From Mucisphaera calidilacus (GTDB lineage: Bacteria; Planctomycetota; Phycisphaerae; Phycisphaerales; Phycisphaeraceae), in the NCBI RefSeq assembly GCF_007748075.1, contig NZ_CP036280.1, forward strand, positions 1,110,001 to 1,142,000: DNA of 32,000 nucleotides, read 5' to 3'. The notes under the pieces were generated by a model. It saw only the letters and a program-made list of their open reading frames with translations, did not search any database and had not been told where the DNA came from. Of this stretch, positions 9,979 through 17,876 are shown piece by piece. The position numbers and the translations under genes were made by a program. Position 1 is the first letter of the stretch. Each line of letters opens with the position of its first letter.

Positions 9979-10130
9979 ACACTGACCCTCCCCCACGGTC
10001 CGGCCCACAGTCGATGGCGGATCCAGCAGAGGCGGGCGTCGTGGAGCCCGTCTTTGCAATGGTGGATTCGGATGCGGGTGGATCGTGCGTGGGGATTGAT
10101 TGTCGACGTCCGCCTGGCTGAGTCTCGGAA
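9979..10130. mobile_element. Degraded terminal fragment of an IS3-family element related to the intact copy at 10513-11772
   Basis: By-eye alignment of this segment against the intact IS end. ACTGACCCTCCCCCACGGTCCGGCCCACAGTC (9981-) matches ACTGACCTTCCCCCACGATTCAGCCCACATTC (10515-). GCAGAGGCGGGCGTCGTGGAGC matches GCAGAGGCGGGCGTAGCGGAGC. TTCGGATGCGGGTGG matches TTCGGGTGCGGGTGG. Weaker similarity with indels continues to about 10130. Same orientation as the intact IS end. Confidence 0.6.
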
Positions 10131-10310
10131 GATACTTATTTCGTGTGTGCGGGAATCATCCTCGCGTGAAGCGGGTTAGGTGAGGGCTGTGGGCGTCGGG
10201 CTGGCCGCCCTCACTGTCATTGTTGCTTCGCACGGCGAAGGGAGTTTGCCGGGCTCAGGTTCGTTGTCTTTATCGCCTTTGATTGTCACCATCCTCTGCC
10301 GAGACCCTCC

Positions 10311-10514
10311 ATGAACGCTTTTGAGAACTGCCCCGATTTGGACGATTTCATGCAGGGCCTGATCAAGCGGAATCCGCACGAGACGGAGTTCCATCAGGCC
10401 GTGCGCGAGGTCGCTGAGAGCGTGGTCCCTTATGTGCTGGAGCACCGTCAGTACAAGGACGCTCAGATTCTGGAACGGATGACCGAGCCCGACCGGATCG
10501 TGATTTTCAGGGTG
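10311..10514 (+). pseudogene. gdhA: 5' fragment (68 codons) of NADP-specific glutamate dehydrogenase, truncated by IS insertion
   Basis: MNAFEN...LIKRNPHETEFHQAVREVAESVVPYV...ILERMTEPDRIVIFRV matches the conserved GdhA N-terminus (E. coli ...KRDPNQTEFAQAVREV...LLERLVEPERVIQFRV/VWVDD). The match stops exactly at the IS inverted repeat. The rest of the 99-aa ORF is read-through into the IS. Confidence 0.8.
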
Positions 10515-10545
10515 ACTGACCTTCCCCCACGATTCAGCCCACATT

Positions 10546-11571
10546 CTACGGTAGACCGAGGCTGGTTTGCAGAGGCGGGCGTAGCGGAGCGGAGCCCGGC
10601 TCTGCAGTGATGGTTTCGGGTGCGGGTGGCCGGTAGTCCAGCGACGAATGAGGCCGGATCGTGTTGTAATGACGTCGCCACCGCTCGATGAGGACCTTCG
10701 CTTCCTTGAGCGTGTAAAAGAGCTCGCCGTTGAGCAGTTCATCCCTCAGCTTGCCGTTGAAGCTCTCCACGTAGCCGTTTTCCCAAGGCGACCCCGGTTC
10801 GATGAAGAGCGTCTTGACGCCCACACGCTTAAGCCAACCCCGGACGACCTTCGCAGTAAACTCCGGCCCATTATCTGAGCGGATGTGCTCAGGTACGCTC
10901 CGCGTCGCCATGAGCCACGCCAATCGCTCGAGGACATCGTCACTCTTGAGCTGTCGATCCACGTCCAACGCCAGGCATTCGCGGGTGTATTCATCCACAA
11001 TCGCCAGCACCCGGAATGGGCGTCCGTCGTGTGTTCTCGTCTGGACGAAGTCGTACGCCCAGACATGGTCCTTGTGCTCGGGTCTCAATCGCACACATGA
11101 GCCATCGTTGAGCCACAGCCGACCACGCTTAGGCTGCTTCTTCGGCACCTTCAGGCCCTCTCGCTTCCAGATCCGCTCGACTCGCTTATGGTTCACAGTC
11201 CAACCTTCATCTCTGAGCAACGCCGTAATCCGTGGCGTGCCATACCGTCCGTACATGGCCGCCAACGCCACGATCCGCCGCGTCAACGGCCCCTCGTCAT
11301 CCCGCTCGATGGGCAGGTAACGCTGCACGGCTCGCGGCTGGCACAACACCTTGCACGCCCGACGCTCCGACACCCTCAGGTGGTCGATCACCTCACTGAC
11401 CACCCGGCGGCGACGCGTCGGGCTCAGCGTTTTAGCGCTGCGGCTTCGCGAAGAATCGCCTTGTCGAGCTCCGATTCGGCCAGCAGCTTCTTGAGCCGGC
11501 CGTTCTCCTGCTCCAGTTCTTTGAACCGCTTGGCCTGGTCGGTCTTCAGACCGCCGTACTCCCGACGCCAC
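10546..11571 (-). CDS. IS3-family transposase OrfB (rve/DDE core), expressed as an OrfAB frameshift fusion
   Basis: HVWAYDFVQT...LAIVDEYTREC...IRSDNGPEFTA...PGSPWENGYVESFNGKLRDELLN is an integrase-core signature. It lies in the -1 frame relative to orfA. Confidence 0.8.
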   Translation of the reverse strand: MASGVRRSEDRPGQAVQRTGAGERPAQEAAGRIGARQGDSSRSRSAKTLSPTRRRRVVSEVIDHLRVSERRACKVLCQPRAVQRYLPIERDDEGPLTRRIVALAAMYGRYGTPRITALLRDEGWTVNHKRVERIWKREGLKVPKKQPKRGRLWLNDGSCVRLRPEHKDHVWAYDFVQTRTHDGRPFRVLAIVDEYTRECLALDVDRQLKSDDVLERLAWLMATRSVPEHIRSDNGPEFTAKVVRGWLKRVGVKTLFIEPGSPWENGYVESFNGKLRDELLNGELFYTLKEAKVLIERWRRHYNTIRPHSSLDYRPPAPETITAEPGSAPLRPPLQTSLGLP

Positions 11572-11702
11572 TTGTAGTACGTCTGCTCGTGAACCCCGAT
11601 CTGCTTGCAGACCCCGGCCACCGAGGACCCTTGGCTCATCAACACCTCCGCCTCTCGAAGCTTGTTCACGATCTCCTCCGCTGAATGACGCTTGCGTCCC
11701 AT
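11424..11702 (-). CDS. IS3-family transposase OrfA (HTH)
   Basis: MGRKRHSAEEIVNKLREAEVL...GVCKQIGVHEQTYYKWRREYGG...ENGRLKKLLAE is the typical IS3 OrfA HTH plus leucine zipper. The track starts at 11723; ATG 11702 is the more likely start. Confidence 0.8.
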   Translation of the reverse strand: MGRKRHSAEEIVNKLREAEVLMSQGSSVAGVCKQIGVHEQTYYKWRREYGGLKTDQAKRFKELEQENGRLKKLLAESELDKAILREAAALKR

Positions 11703-11774
11703 GCCTGATCCTCCTTGATCCATGCCTCAGAACTAAGTCTAAGAAATGGATCAGATTGAGGGGGGCAGGTCAAT

Positions 11775-12044
11775 CCGGCCCTGCTCATCGATCTTACCGC
11801 CTGCCGGGTGACGCTCGATCCAGAAGCGGTGATCCCCACCCGTAGCAACCAGCCCAGACTCAAACTCGATCGTAAGAAGTGCCGTGGCCGTAACATCGTC
11901 GAATGCTGCATCGGCTGGCTCAAGTGCTGCCGACGGGTCGCCACACGCTACGAAAAGCTCGCCAGCCACTACCTCGGACTCGTCAAGCTCGCCATTATCC
12001 AGCGATGCCTTAGGCTCCTCGTACATCCGTCAGGCAGGGCCTAG
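11775..12044 (+). pseudogene. C-terminal stub of an IS5-family (DDE) transposase, truncated by the IS3 element
   Basis: ...VIPTRSNQPRLKLDRKKCRGRNIVECCIGWLKCCRRVATRYEKLASHYLGLVKLAII matches the IS5/IS427-type C-terminus (IP.RSN...Y+.RN.VER.F..LK.FRR+ATRY+K). The frame is open back to the IS3 end at 11772. Confidence 0.7.
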
Positions 12045-12091
12045 TTGCGCACACCACGTATCTGGCCCCTGCGCTGTATCTCTATCGCCCC

Positions 12092-12424
12092 CTACCCCTC
12101 CCTCATCCTGTGGTGATCGCAGCCGCAGTCGTCTTCTCTTCCTTCGCGGACGGCCTGCTTGATCACTTCGACCTGCTCGGGGTCGGTCGGCAGCCCACGA
12201 CCCAGGTCGACATCGACTTGATCCCGCTGCGTCACCTTCGTTTCCACCCCCCCAAGCTTAGGGGTGCCCTGCATCCTGCGTGCTCGAAGCTGCTGCCCGG
12301 TGAACCTCTGAACCTCACTTTCGATCACCTGCGCGCCCTCGAACACCACGCGGTACGTCAGCTCGTCGCTGACGTAGGTGCAGAGGATGCGCTTTCCGAG
12401 CACGTGGATCGCGTGCCTGCCCAT
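12092..12424 (-). CDS. Hypothetical protein, last gene of the prophage tail module
   Basis: 110 aa. The start overlaps the upstream stop by 1 nt (TGATG), the same coupling seen elsewhere in this operon. No recognisable motif. Confidence 0.5.
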   Translation of the reverse strand: MGRHAIHVLGKRILCTYVSDELTYRVVFEGAQVIESEVQRFTGQQLRARRMQGTPKLGGVETKVTQRDQVDVDLGRGLPTDPEQVEVIKQAVREGREDDCGCDHHRMREG

Positions 12425-13785
12425 CAGGCGATCTCCCAGGTGGTCGTGATGGTCTCGTCGTCGTACCCAATGAAGTCGTTGCCGACCACGACCTGCTGCT
12501 GGGCCGTGTGCTGGATCACCGGGCTTTGATAAAACGTCTGCCCGACCAGCGGTGCGGGCCCGGAGGCGAGCCCGGAGCGTCCGCCGATCCCTCCTTGCTG
12601 GGGCGCGAAGATCGCGGGTGCCCAGTTCGTGGGTGTTTCGCCATCACCGAAGAACGTGTCCACGTTCCAGTGCACCAGCTGCGGCGTCGGCTCGTAACCC
12701 GTGTCGAACTGCCCGTCGAGGTTCGCGATCACGGTCACGTTGTCGTCGTCGGTGTCGTACTGAACCTGCACGGTGCCGGTGAGCTTCATGCCCATGACCG
12801 CGATGTTCTGAGGCGTCTGAACACCGGGGAACTCACAGAGATACGGGTTGCCGGTGGGCGTCCCGTTCTCGTCGTTCCATGTGTGGTAGACGTACTTGCA
12901 GATGCCCTCCCAGTACTCGCTGACCGCGTAGTTGGCGATCGCCACCGAGCCGTCCACCGATCCGTGGGTAAAGACCAGCGGGCGGTAGAGGTCGTAGGCG
13001 GTCTGGCTGTTGAGGGGCCAGCCCGCGTACATCTGGATCATCGCAAAGGTCCCCGCCTGCTCGTTGAACTCGGTGTAGCAACTCGGCCAGCCGTTTTTAC
13101 CGCCTACGAACGAGCCTCTGGCTCTGACCGACCCGAGGTAGCCGGGGGCAATCTTCTCAAGCCACTCGATCGCGTCCTTAGCGTCGCCATCAGCCTCTTC
13201 AAAGACCAGGCTAAAGCCGTAGTAAGCCAGGGTATGGGTCTGCGCATCGAAGTGGTAGTAGGGATCGTTGCTGGTGACCTCGATCTCGATCGTGTGGGTG
13301 CCGGGCGGCAGCAGCATCTTGTGGGTGGCCGCTTCGGGTGATGAGACGACCGGGCCGAGTCTGCATCCCTGCTTGCCGCCCGCGGCGTGGGCATTCCCAA
13401 TAAACCGCCCGTTGATGGTCATCTGCATCTTCTCGAAGTCTTGATCCTGAAGCTCGCCCATGCCGAACCACGAGACGCGGACCACCATCCAGCGATCAAG
13501 CGTGAAGGTCCCGGTGGCAGCCCCTTCCTGGGTGTTGGCGTTGCGCAGCTCCTGCGGCGAGCAGTTGTCGTCGTGCTCGAACCGAAAACTCAGCCGATGA
13601 CCGCAGTCGCCGCTGACGGCCCACGGGTCCTCCTGGGTGATCATGCCATCGTGCGACGTGGTCCAGGTGATCTGCGGGTAGCAGCCACAGCAGCAGGCCT
13701 GGCCCACCGCGAGCTTGCCGCTGGGGGTCAAGATGAGCTTGCCCGTATCGGGATGAATGACGAATCTGCCGCTCATGAGCCGCAC
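12424..13785 (-). CDS. Putative tail fibre / receptor-binding protein, assigned by position only
   Basis: 453 aa. Third gene after the tape measure. N-terminal cysteine knot ACCCGC (13681-13695). No family recognised by eye. Confidence 0.6.
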   Translation of the reverse strand: MRLMSGRFVIHPDTGKLILTPSGKLAVGQACCCGCYPQITWTTSHDGMITQEDPWAVSGDCGHRLSFRFEHDDNCSPQELRNANTQEGAATGTFTLDRWMVVRVSWFGMGELQDQDFEKMQMTINGRFIGNAHAAGGKQGCRLGPVVSSPEAATHKMLLPPGTHTIEIEVTSNDPYYHFDAQTHTLAYYGFSLVFEEADGDAKDAIEWLEKIAPGYLGSVRARGSFVGGKNGWPSCYTEFNEQAGTFAMIQMYAGWPLNSQTAYDLYRPLVFTHGSVDGSVAIANYAVSEYWEGICKYVYHTWNDENGTPTGNPYLCEFPGVQTPQNIAVMGMKLTGTVQVQYDTDDDNVTVIANLDGQFDTGYEPTPQLVHWNVDTFFGDGETPTNWAPAIFAPQQGGIGGRSGLASGPAPLVGQTFYQSPVIQHTAQQQVVVGNDFIGYDDETITTTWEIA

Positions 13786-14591
13786 GCCTGGGTATCGAGG
13801 GTCTCGTTGATCCAGCCCAGCACCAGGTCGTAGCCGTAGGCGAGATTGGGCGCGTAGTGGGCGTACCCGAAGTCGGCGGCAATCACCTGGCCTAAGGCGG
13901 GTCGCCGCCAGCGGTGAGGCGAACTCATCGGATCGACCGCGCTGGCCAGAGTCGCCCCGGTAACCGGATCGATGACGTCGTAGGTCCAGGTGGCGGGTCC
14001 GGTCTCATCGCCTTGTGTGCCCCCGACCTGAGTGAGTTCTACAGGCATCGGGCAGGCGGGCTGCTGCTGACCGGTTAAGTGCACCAGCGCCTTTTTAAAG
14101 CCTGTGCCGGGCTGCTTCCAGATGATGGTGGCCGAGCCCACGGGCTGGGGCAATAGCGCAAAGACCCCCTGCGCGATGCCCGCGTAGCGGTACGTCTCGG
14201 CAACCGGGTCAATCACCATGAGATTGGCTTGGCAGACACCGCTTAGATAAGCACGGCCGATTGAGCCTTGCGCCAGCGGCTCAGCGAGGACGACGAACCG
14301 CACGCGGTGGCTCTGCTCATCGGGCAGCACCACCGACATCGCTGCCTGACGACCAAACTCCGCAAGATTGTCGTCCGGGGTGATCAGCGGCCCCTCGAGC
14401 CCGACCACGGCGTAGCGCGGCATGGCGTAGCCGCTGTCGTTGCGCACGAGGATTGTTGCGGTCTTCGCGCCTGCGACCGCTTGCGATCGCGTCACGCCGC
14501 TATCGAACGAGCTGCGCACCGCCGCATCGATAAAGGCGTTGTAGGTCCGCGCGGGAATCGCCAGGGGATCGCCGGTCTGGACCTTCTTCAC
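13773..14591 (-). CDS. Tail tip / baseplate-position protein of unknown family
   Basis: 272 aa (MKKVQTGDPLAIPARTYNAFIDAA...). The ATGA start overlaps the upstream stop. Function is inferred from position only. Confidence 0.65.
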   Translation of the reverse strand: MKKVQTGDPLAIPARTYNAFIDAAVRSSFDSGVTRSQAVAGAKTATILVRNDSGYAMPRYAVVGLEGPLITPDDNLAEFGRQAAMSVVLPDEQSHRVRFVVLAEPLAQGSIGRAYLSGVCQANLMVIDPVAETYRYAGIAQGVFALLPQPVGSATIIWKQPGTGFKKALVHLTGQQQPACPMPVELTQVGGTQGDETGPATWTYDVIDPVTGATLASAVDPMSSPHRWRRPALGQVIAADFGYAHYAPNLAYGYDLVLGWINETLDTQACGS

Positions 14592-15418
14592 GTTGTTCCA
14601 ATCCCCAGTTGCGCAAAGTCGCCCTGCTCGTAGACCTTCTCGACGTAAGCGGCGACGGGCTGCTTGACCAGCGTACTGCTGTACGCGTCTTCGACGTCGC
14701 CGTAGCGCACCCAGAGGTACTCCCAGCCCTTCTTGCTGATGCCGGTCATCGCGCCGACGCTCATGCCCGTGCGGTTGGGGCTACCGGCGAACTTGAAGGT
14801 GATCTCCCAGCTTGCGCCGTCTGACCGCTGCGTGCCCGAAGCGCCAAGCAAAAGGCACTCACCCGCCGCCAGGCCGCGGAAGCTGCCTGAGTTGACCTTG
14901 CCGGTGAGGTTAAAGAGCACGCCCTTGTAGCTGCTGGTGACCTGCGTATCGGGCAGGTAATGCGTCTCGGAGAAGTTGTAGACCGGGACCAGGATGTCGA
15001 CACCCTCGACGCTGTCGTGGGTCACGCCGATCGCCCCGCGGAAGTTAGGGGCCGTCCCGCTGGCGGCGTAGCTGGCGGTGGTGCCAAGGGACTGGGTGAT
15101 GTGCTGGGTGCCGCCGCCAGTATCGAAGCTAAAGGACGAGCTGCCGGTGGACGGTGACGATGCGCCGCCCGCGCTGTTTACCGCGTAGGTCACCGTACCC
15201 AGCCAGATGCAGCGATCGGGGTTGGTCTGGTCGATGTAGACCGGCTCGAGCGTGGGGTTTTGACGTGGCAGGCCCTGGTAGCTCTCTGGGGCGGTTGTCT
15301 TGAGCAGCGTCATCGCCGCCAGGGGGTCGTCGCTGCCAACAAGGGTGTAGGTCAGCTCCGCCGACTGGTTCTCGGTGACCACACGTGAATCAGCGTTCTC
15401 GGTGCAGGTGATGGGCAT
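14588..15418 (-). CDS. Distal-tail-position protein of unknown family
   Basis: The track starts at TTG 15448. ATG 15418 (MPITCTENAD...) is preceded by AAGGA and is preferred. It is the first minus-strand gene after the tape measure, separated from it only by the opposite-strand AbrB gene. Confidence 0.65.
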   Translation of the reverse strand: MPITCTENADSRVVTENQSAELTYTLVGSDDPLAAMTLLKTTAPESYQGLPRQNPTLEPVYIDQTNPDRCIWLGTVTYAVNSAGGASSPSTGSSSFSFDTGGGTQHITQSLGTTASYAASGTAPNFRGAIGVTHDSVEGVDILVPVYNFSETHYLPDTQVTSSYKGVLFNLTGKVNSGSFRGLAAGECLLLGASGTQRSDGASWEITFKFAGSPNRTGMSVGAMTGISKKGWEYLWVRYGDVEDAYSSTLVKQPVAAYVEKVYEQGDFAQLGIGTT

Positions 15419-15494
15419 GGTGGTGGTCCTTGCGCTTGGGTCTGGCAAGCGTTAGAGTCTGTGTGGTGAGCGTGTTTTCACAGGGAGCCTTGCC

Positions 15495-15722
15495 ATGAGA
15501 ATCTCGGCTAAAGGGCAGGTAACCATTCCTCAGTCAATCCGCGAGAAACACGGTCTGTGGCCCGGGACTGAAGTCGACTTTGTCGAACGCGGCGGGCGGG
15601 TCTACCTGCGAAAAAGCGGCAGCGATGCCTCGCGTGGCAAGCGTGTGGTCGCAGGCCTGCGCGGCAAAGCCGAAGTCATGATGAGTACCGACCAGATCAT
15701 GGACCTGACGCGTGGTGACTGA
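15495..15722 (+). CDS. AbrB/MazE/SpoVT-type antitoxin-like DNA-binding protein (VapB-like) with no adjacent toxin gene
   Basis: 75 aa. MRISAKGQVTIPQSIREKHGLWPGTEVDFVERGGRVYLRK is a swapped-hairpin AbrB domain. The C-terminal ...MSTDQIMDLTRGD is typical of VapB. GGGAG RBS. It lies on the strand opposite the tail operon, wedged between the tape measure stop (15742) and the distal tail gene start (15418). Confidence 0.8.
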   Translation: MRISAKGQVTIPQSIREKHGLWPGTEVDFVERGGRVYLRKSGSDASRGKRVVAGLRGKAEVMMSTDQIMDLTRGD

Positions 15723-15741
15723 TCCATTCACGTGTATCGCA

Positions 15742-17733
15742 TCAGCCAAACCTCAGCCCCCCGCTGCGGGCTGCTTCGACGAGCTTCCCGGTGTTCTTCG
15801 CGGTGGCCTCAGCCGCGTCTGCGGTGCGGTCCTCGGCGTCGCTGGAGCCCAGCGAGCGCAGCGCCTCGGCGTTGAACGTGCCTCGGACTCCGATCCTGGC
15901 GGCCTCTGCGTGGAGCAGTTCGCCGATGTCGCCAAGGCCGGCTAAGGCATCGCGTAGATTGCCTGTGACGCTCTGATCGCTTGGCCCGCCCGACTCCGAT
16001 GTCTTCGCCGCGTCGATCGCCTCTTGCCACTGCAGACGTGCCTGCGCCAGTTCCTGCTCGCTGCGTGCCAGACGCGCCCGGTAGTCCGCGTCGACCTGCT
16101 GGTGCGTGCTGGAATTCGCGCTACCGATGACCGCCATCGTCGCTTGGTGCGTAGCGCTGGCTTGAGCAACCTGAGCCTGACGCCTTGCTTCGCGCTGCGC
16201 GATCGCTCGCTGCTGCTGATCACTGATCTGCCTGATCGCGGCCTGCTTGCGCTGCTCGATGAGCTTGTTACTTACCTGAAGGTCGATCGACTCATCGAAC
16301 AGCGACCGGATCCAGTTCCACGCCTTGTGCGCTTGAGCTTTGATCTGCTGCCATGACCTGGCGAAGTAGGCGACAAAGCTCTGCCACGCCTTGGAGAACA
16401 TCGCGGTCGTCTCGATCCAGCCGACCTCCAGGGCGTGCCAGGTCTGCTGCGCGACCGCCAGCAGGCCACTAAAAGCGTCGTGACCGAGCTTGATAAAGAC
16501 ACCCGTAAACGCCATCCAGGCCTTTTTCAGTGCGTAAAGACCTCGGGTCCACGCAAGCTCAATCGTCAGCCACATGATCTTGGCGGCCAGAGCCATGTCG
16601 CCGGCAGCAAACGCCCTTGCAATCCCCCGGTACGCCGCCAGAGCCTGCTCTTTGAGCTGCGCGAACTTGCCACTCAGCCAGCTTAGCGCACGGCCACCAG
16701 CTTCTGAGCTGTAGAGCAGGTGCCCAGCGAATGCCGCTAAGCCCGCCGTCACCAGCCCCACGGGTGAGAGCAGCGCACTGATCGCAGCGCCGATTGTGGC
16801 TAGGGCCGTCACCACGGCTGCGCCTACGCTGGCCAGTACACCAAGACCCGCCGCAGCGGCGGTGATCGCTGCGCCCAGCACCGTGATCGCAGCGCCCGCA
16901 GCGAGGACGCCCAGGGCCACTTTAAGAACGCTCACGACCAGCTGGCGGTTGCTGCTGACCCACGCAGAGACCCGGACCACCAACAAGGTGATCGTATCTG
17001 CCGCTTTGGTCAGCGCCGGAGCCAGCGCAGCACCGACATAGAACACGCCCATCTTGACGACCTTCCACAGCCGGTCGAGCGCATCGGTCAAGACCTCGGC
17101 GGCCCTCGCGTCCTTGCCGGACATGGTCAGGCCCAACCGCCGAGCTTCTTCCTGAAGCTTCTCGATGCCCTTAGCCCCGCCGGCCATCAGCGGCAGAAGC
17201 TGCGTGCCCGCCCGGCCCAGCAGCGCCTGAGCTAGCGCCGCCTTGCGGGTGGGGTCTTCGATGCGGCTGATTGCCTGCGCCAGCATCGAGAACTGATCCT
17301 CAGGAGGCAATCCGGCGAGATCACGGTAGGCCAGACCCAGGTCGCTAAGCGCGTCGGTCTGCGTGCTCAGGCCCCGACCCGCGTCGTAGATCGAACGCTG
17401 CATCCGGCGCAGGCCGACCTCCAGCGCCTCGAGTGACGTGCCGCTGACACTGGCCGCATAACGCAGCTCACTCAGCGCCACGACGCTCAGACCCGTTCTT
17501 CTGGCCATCTTGGCCACCTGATCGCCGTAGCCGCCAAAGAGCTTGACCGACGCCGCCAGGGGCGCAAGCAGCGCTACGCCGATCGCGGTCATCCGCAGGC
17601 CGAGTCCGCGCACCGAGTCGCCAAAGGCGGCAAGCCTGCGCTCGGCTCGGCGCAGGCCGCGTACCAGCTTGCTCTCGTCAGCGAACAGCTCAACAAACGC
17701 GCGCCCCGCCTTGATCCCTCTGGATGACGCCAT
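15742..17733 (-). CDS. Tail tape measure protein
   Basis: 663 aa. Tape-measure core GYGDQVAKMARRTGLSVVALSELRYAASVSGTSLEAL. Long Ala/Gly/Leu-rich hydrophobic middle and a coiled-coil C-terminus. Canonical position. Confidence 0.85.
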   Translation of the reverse strand: MASSRGIKAGRAFVELFADESKLVRGLRRAERRLAAFGDSVRGLGLRMTAIGVALLAPLAASVKLFGGYGDQVAKMARRTGLSVVALSELRYAASVSGTSLEALEVGLRRMQRSIYDAGRGLSTQTDALSDLGLAYRDLAGLPPEDQFSMLAQAISRIEDPTRKAALAQALLGRAGTQLLPLMAGGAKGIEKLQEEARRLGLTMSGKDARAAEVLTDALDRLWKVVKMGVFYVGAALAPALTKAADTITLLVVRVSAWVSSNRQLVVSVLKVALGVLAAGAAITVLGAAITAAAAGLGVLASVGAAVVTALATIGAAISALLSPVGLVTAGLAAFAGHLLYSSEAGGRALSWLSGKFAQLKEQALAAYRGIARAFAAGDMALAAKIMWLTIELAWTRGLYALKKAWMAFTGVFIKLGHDAFSGLLAVAQQTWHALEVGWIETTAMFSKAWQSFVAYFARSWQQIKAQAHKAWNWIRSLFDESIDLQVSNKLIEQRKQAAIRQISDQQQRAIAQREARRQAQVAQASATHQATMAVIGSANSSTHQQVDADYRARLARSEQELAQARLQWQEAIDAAKTSESGGPSDQSVTGNLRDALAGLGDIGELLHAEAARIGVRGTFNAEALRSLGSSDAEDRTADAAEATAKNTGKLVEAARSGGLRFG

Positions 17734-17735
17734 CG

Positions 17736-17876
17736 CTAGTCCTTGTTGCCATCGATCTGGTCAAGAAGACCGGTCATCTCGCGGCGCAGCGCCGTGAAGC
17801 TGATGATGCGCTCGATCAGCGATCCCAGCCAGAGCCCGATGCAACCCAGTCCAATCGAGAAGATGATCTGTTCCAT
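17736..17876 (-). CDS. Small single-pass membrane protein (46 aa)
   Basis: MEQIIFSIGLGCIGLWLGSLIERIISFTALRREMTGLLDQIDGNKD. Its ATG overlaps the stop of the upstream gene by 1 nt (TGATG at 17876). Its stop lies 2 nt before the tape measure ATG. It is the C-terminal part of the implausible 281-aa track ORF 17736-18581. Confidence 0.55.
   Translation of the reverse strand: MEQIIFSIGLGCIGLWLGSLIERIISFTALRREMTGLLDQIDGNKD

Larger units (their letters stand above)
10513..11772 (-). mobile_element. Intact IS3-family insertion sequence (about 1260 bp; orfA/orfB with a -1 frameshift)
   Basis: Imperfect terminal inverted repeats: TGACTGACCTTCCCCC... at 10513 and ...GGGGGGCAGGTCA ending at 11772, both with TG..CA ends. 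orfA and orfB overlap. An A_AAA slippery run at 11430-11433 (minus strand CTA AAA CGC TGA) sits just before the orfA stop and leads into the orfB frame. Confidence 0.8.

Noticed and set aside
10311-10610. Treating the full 99-aa ORF as an intact small protein
   Set aside because: Only residues 1-68 match GdhA. The remaining 31 codons read through the IS3 inverted repeat, antisense to the transposase C-terminus.
10176-10742. 188-aa minus-strand ORF across the gdhA fragment and the IS end
   Set aside because: It lies antisense to the gdhA 5' fragment and out of frame with IS3 orfB. It has low-complexity Ser/Arg-rich composition.
15712-15945. 77-aa GTG ORF overlapping the end of the AbrB gene by 11 nt, as the missing VapC toxin
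   Set aside because: There are no PIN acidic-residue motifs. From 15742 onward it runs antisense to the well-supported 3' end of the tape measure gene. At most, its first few codons could be a vestige of a lost toxin.
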